IMG/VR virus record: IMGVR_UViG_3300014613_000049 | Coordinates: 1 to 39,457 of that record | Direction: 5' to 3' (one strand) | DNA: 39,457 bases | From: a virus | Lineage: Duplodnaviria > Caudoviricetes | Shown: piece after piece, positions 36,287 through 39,457 of the stretch | Position numbering within the stretch: position 1 is the first letter of the stretch | How the letters are laid out: the number at the start of each line of letters is the position of its first letter | Translations under genes and position numbers: made by a program | The notes under the pieces: model-generated | Told to the model about the DNA's origin: nothing | Databases searched by the model: none | Seen by the model: only the letters and a program-made list of their open reading frames with translations

Positions 36287-36490
36287 TTATATTTTGAGGA
36301 ATTTTATATTTATTTTTTCCTTTAATAACCTACATGTTTTTGGATACGATCCTCTATAAATTCCTGTATCAGTAAAATCATGTAGATATTTTACCGAATT
36401 CTCCAACCAGCAATAAGGATTAAAATGTATTTCTTCATCTATGTACCTAAGGAAGGGACATGTTACACAGTTTTCTACTTCCAACTCCAT
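36287..36490 (-). CDS. Cys-rich hypothetical protein
   Basis: C..CPF...C...C.L. Confidence 0.6.
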   Translation of the reverse strand: MELEVENCVTCPFLRYIDEEIHFNPYCWLENSVKYLHDFTDTGIYRGSYPKTCRLLKEKINIKFLKI

Positions 36491-36492
36491 AT

Positions 36493-36750
36493 TTATACCA
36501 CCTTTATTACATTATCAGTTACATCTTTAAAATGTTTTTTTACATTCGGTTGATCTTTTAATTTCCGTAAAAAAATTTGATAATTTTCTATGGCCACATC
36601 TTTTTTATATATTATTTCTTTTCCATCCTTTTCAACTGTAACTTCATTTTTTCCAACTTTACAGAATACGCACATTTGTTCCTTCTCTGTATTTATATCA
36701 AACATTAAATTCGGTTCCACGAACTTTTTACATTTCACGCATAGGCCCAT
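36493..36750 (-). CDS. Zinc-finger hypothetical protein
   Basis: CVKC...CVFC; AGGAGG RBS. Confidence 0.65.
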   Translation of the reverse strand: MGLCVKCKKFVEPNLMFDINTEKEQMCVFCKVGKNEVTVEKDGKEIIYKKDVAIENYQIFLRKLKDQPNVKKHFKDVTDNVIKVV

Positions 36751-36768
36751 CTATTTTCTCCTCCTTTA

Positions 36769-36969
36769 TTAAATAACTTCAAGTATATAGGACATCATTC
36801 CTTCAATACCGTTGCCATTAATGTTAATATCAACCCAGTGCCCAGGTTCATTTTCTGTAGGATGATTTGGAAAAGGTTCAATAACAATGGCTTTTCTAAT
36901 TTTTTCATCCTGATGTACCCAAACATATTGTCCTTTCTTTATTTCTATACCAAATTTATCAACTACCAT
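36769..36969 (-). CDS. Hypothetical protein
   Basis: AAGGAG RBS. Confidence 0.65.
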   Translation of the reverse strand: MVVDKFGIEIKKGQYVWVHQDEKIRKAIVIEPFPNHPTENEPGHWVDININGNGIEGMMSYILEVI

Positions 36970-37159
36970 TTTTATACTCCTTATACAGTTTATTTACTTT
37001 GAAATAGGTAAAATCATCAATAGGTGAACCATCTGAAATAATAAAATTCCAAAATCCTTTTATATATTGATCACCTATTAAAAAGATTTTCCTTTTAGAT
37101 CCATCATTTTCAGTAACATGTAAAAACCTATCATATAGATCAACACTCATTAATTTCAT
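36959..37159 (-). CDS. Hypothetical protein
   Basis: TAATG overlap with ligase. Confidence 0.6.
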   Translation of the reverse strand: MKLMSVDLYDRFLHVTENDGSKRKIFLIGDQYIKGFWNFIISDGSPIDDFTYFKVNKLYKEYKNGS

Positions 37160-38973
37160 TATTCCATCTTTTCCAATAGTTCTTTATAAGAAATTATCTT
37201 AATTCCATATTCTCTTGCCTTTTTAGATTTACCACTTTGACTATCTGGGTCGGATGTTACCAATAAATCAACACTTTTACTCATGTTTTTTACACTTCCA
37301 CCATTTAGTTCAATCATCTTTTGTAAAGGTCCTCTTGCTATTGGGCCTGTTCCTGTCAGGCAAATTTTCATTCCATTTAATTTTAGCATTTTCTCCTCAA
37401 AATGTAAACCTTTTTCTTGTAAAAAACCATACATTTCTTCCATATAATCAATATTTTTTATAATATTATCCGCTATTACTCCACCTATACCTTTGATTTC
37501 TTCAATTCGGCTTTTAGTGGCTTTAGTGAAAAATGTTTCTATATCACCAAAGTGTTCTATGAGTAATTTACCAACTGTCTTACCAACCGTGGGTATTCCA
37601 AGGGAAGATATGAATATTTTTGGTGTGGCATTTAATGTTCCTTCAATTTCATCTATTACCTGTTGTGCCTTTTTCACACCAAATCCATCCATACTGGCGA
37701 TTTCAAATTCATCAATCCCATAACAAGATTTGATGGTATTTAAACCTAATTTCATTAATGTTTTGTAGGTTATATTTTCGGCACCCATTCCTCTAAGAAA
37801 ATGTTCCACACCATAATACATAGCTTCACTACATTCGGCATTTGTACATACCAAATTTACACTATCCCATACCAAAAGATGATTACATGATGGACAATTA
37901 TTGGGTAATTCAACTTCTTTTATGCTTTTTTCAACCTCCGTTATATGTGGAATAACGTCTCCGGCCCTCTTGACTATTATTTTTATTCCTTTTGTTATTT
38001 TATTATCTTGTATATATTTGGCATTGAATCCAGTTGTCCTTGTTATTATGACACCTTGAATTTCTAACGGTTCAATTATAACCACTGGAATAATTCTACC
38101 AGTTCTACTTACATTCCATTCAATATCAACAACTTTTGTTTCTTTTCCTTTTTCTGAAATTTTGAATGCTATTTTATTTTTAGGGAAACTAATATCTTCT
38201 CTTATAGAATCATTTATGGTTACAACTATACCATCAATTTCGCAAATATCTTTTGTATTTTCTTTACATGATGATAGAAAATTAATATATTGTTGTATAT
38301 CATTATTTTCAAAATACTTATTGGTTGTAAAGTTTGGAACAGGTAATCCTAATGAAACAATATAATCCATTCTTTTGGTTTCAGTATCCAAAACATCGTT
38401 ATATTTTGTAATAATTTCATAAAAGAATGGATGTATATATTTACATTGTTCCGTACTACTGTCCCTATTCAGAATACCTGCCACCGCATTTCTAGCCGTT
38501 TTATATGGACGCCCATCTTCATTTGTTAATTCTTTATGGATACCACCGGTAAGCATTGCTTCCCCTCTAAAACAATGTTTACTCATTTTAGGAATATCAG
38601 GACAAAAGATTTTAGCTTTATTGGTTATATCCTTACCATAAAAACCATCGCCTCTGGTTGAAGCAAATATTACCTTTCCATTGAGATATTCAACATAAAA
38701 ACTAACACCATCCAACTTTATTGATAAAACCTTTTTACCTGGATTATCTTTTAACCATTTTTCCATATTATCTGGATTTCTTTTATCCAGGCTACCTAAT
38801 ACATAGGGTAATTTCACCTTACCATTCTTGGCCTCATATCCTATATATTGAAAATAAGGATCATCTGGCGCCTCAAGTTTCGCGACATCTTTCATGGCAT
38901 CATACTCAGAATCACTTATAGGTGATTCGCCAATGTCATATAACTTATCATATTCTTTGAGTTTACTAATCAC
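37159..38973 (-). CDS. ligA: NAD-dependent DNA ligase
   Basis: Y......ISD.EYD, KLDG, TRGDG..G, RN..AG, DGIVV, RAGDVIP, C4 zinc finger, HhH repeats, BRCT; GTG start. Confidence 0.93.
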   Translation of the reverse strand: MISKLKEYDKLYDIGESPISDSEYDAMKDVAKLEAPDDPYFQYIGYEAKNGKVKLPYVLGSLDKRNPDNMEKWLKDNPGKKVLSIKLDGVSFYVEYLNGKVIFASTRGDGFYGKDITNKAKIFCPDIPKMSKHCFRGEAMLTGGIHKELTNEDGRPYKTARNAVAGILNRDSSTEQCKYIHPFFYEIITKYNDVLDTETKRMDYIVSLGLPVPNFTTNKYFENNDIQQYINFLSSCKENTKDICEIDGIVVTINDSIREDISFPKNKIAFKISEKGKETKVVDIEWNVSRTGRIIPVVIIEPLEIQGVIITRTTGFNAKYIQDNKITKGIKIIVKRAGDVIPHITEVEKSIKEVELPNNCPSCNHLLVWDSVNLVCTNAECSEAMYYGVEHFLRGMGAENITYKTLMKLGLNTIKSCYGIDEFEIASMDGFGVKKAQQVIDEIEGTLNATPKIFISSLGIPTVGKTVGKLLIEHFGDIETFFTKATKSRIEEIKGIGGVIADNIIKNIDYMEEMYGFLQEKGLHFEEKMLKLNGMKICLTGTGPIARGPLQKMIELNGGSVKNMSKSVDLLVTSDPDSQSGKSKKAREYGIKIISYKELLEKME

Positions 38974-39045
38974 AGTTTACTCTCCTTCGAATTTATTATC
39001 ATAAACCCTTTATGTTTTCCTCTCTCTATATAATCATCATCTTTA

Positions 39046-39204
39046 CTATTTTTCCTTCTTTTCTTCTACTTCTTCTTTCTTCTCCCATTTTTTCATTTCC
39101 CTTGGATGTGGATTAATATTTCTAACAAACCCAGCCACAGTAATATAATTTTTCTTTTTTAAATACTCAAATTCTTGACTGCTTACTGTTGTTATTTTAC
39201 CCAT
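39046..39204 (-). CDS. 52-aa hypothetical protein
   Basis: Not in track; MGKITTVSSQEFEYL...; GAGGA RBS; TAATG overlap. Confidence 0.5.
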   Translation of the reverse strand: MGKITTVSSQEFEYLKKKNYITVAGFVRNINPHPREMKKWEKKEEVEEKKEK

Positions 39205-39455
39205 TATGCTATTTTATCCTCTCTTTTATCATAAAAAATATCTGTTATGGTTTCCTTTAAATCAAAAGGTACTATCGCAAACGATTCATTAATCTTTTCA
39301 AAAGAAAGATTTGGTTTATTTTTATATGATACTTTAAATTCAGCAATGCTACCATGAACATTTCTAAGCATATTTTTAACATGTTCTTTCCATGCCTCGC
39401 CATATTTATTATTTTCGGATATTCTCATTTTTTGGATTATTGGATCATTTTTCAT
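39204..39455 (-). CDS. Hypothetical protein at window edge
   Basis: ORF track; upstream context missing. Confidence 0.55.
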   Translation of the reverse strand: MKNDPIIQKMRISENNKYGEAWKEHVKNMLRNVHGSIAEFKVSYKNKPNLSFEKINESFAIVPFDLKETITDIFYDKREDKIA

Positions 39456-39457
39456 TA

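Noticed and set aside
172-38921. Many short antisense or out-of-frame ORFs in the track (e.g. 508-738, 2908-3414, 10075-10533, 10641-10943, 26901-27257)
   Set aside because: They shadow better-supported genes, lack RBS and have F/L/I/S-rich antisense composition.
38940-38973. Capsid-targeting leader on the ligase (MISKLKEYD)
   Set aside because: Lacks the terminal hydrophobic-x-E and lies in the early block.
1-39457. tRNA, rRNA, integrase or IS elements
   Set aside because: No intergenic space with cloverleaf or T-loop signatures and no recombinase or transposase motifs seen by eye.

Overview
AT-rich segment of a large T4-like (myovirus/jumbo-type) dsDNA phage, probably with a Gram-negative host (holin/spanin-type cassette). 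Standard genetic code. About 10.7-27.5 kb and 31.6-39.4 kb hold replication and early genes behind TTTACW-17-TATAAT promoters: split PolB with a mini-intein and an intervening endonuclease, gp41 helicase broken by a split intein, UvsY, UvsW, gp32, NAD-dependent ligase, dUTPase, deaminase, methyltransferase, GNAT/DUF4338-like fusion and glycosyltransferase. About 1-10.7 kb and 27.5-31.5 kb hold late genes with TATAAATA promoters. The main unexplained signal is that about 18 otherwise unrelated late-region proteins (AAA ATPase, HAD phosphatase, DHH phosphoesterase, P-loop kinase, HEXXH protein, many unknowns) start with one short leader, [KR]-hydrophobic-x-x-hydrophobic-hydrophobic-x-E. It aligns with the T4 capsid-targeting sequence, suggesting a large head-packaged, co-injected protein cargo, and leader-only relics suggest cassette turnover. 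Also notable: a kissing-loop RNA leader over an HNH gene's RBS, a candidate DNA-modification locus, GGCC over-representation and a decayed endolysin. All family calls come from motif recognition by eye; no database search was run.
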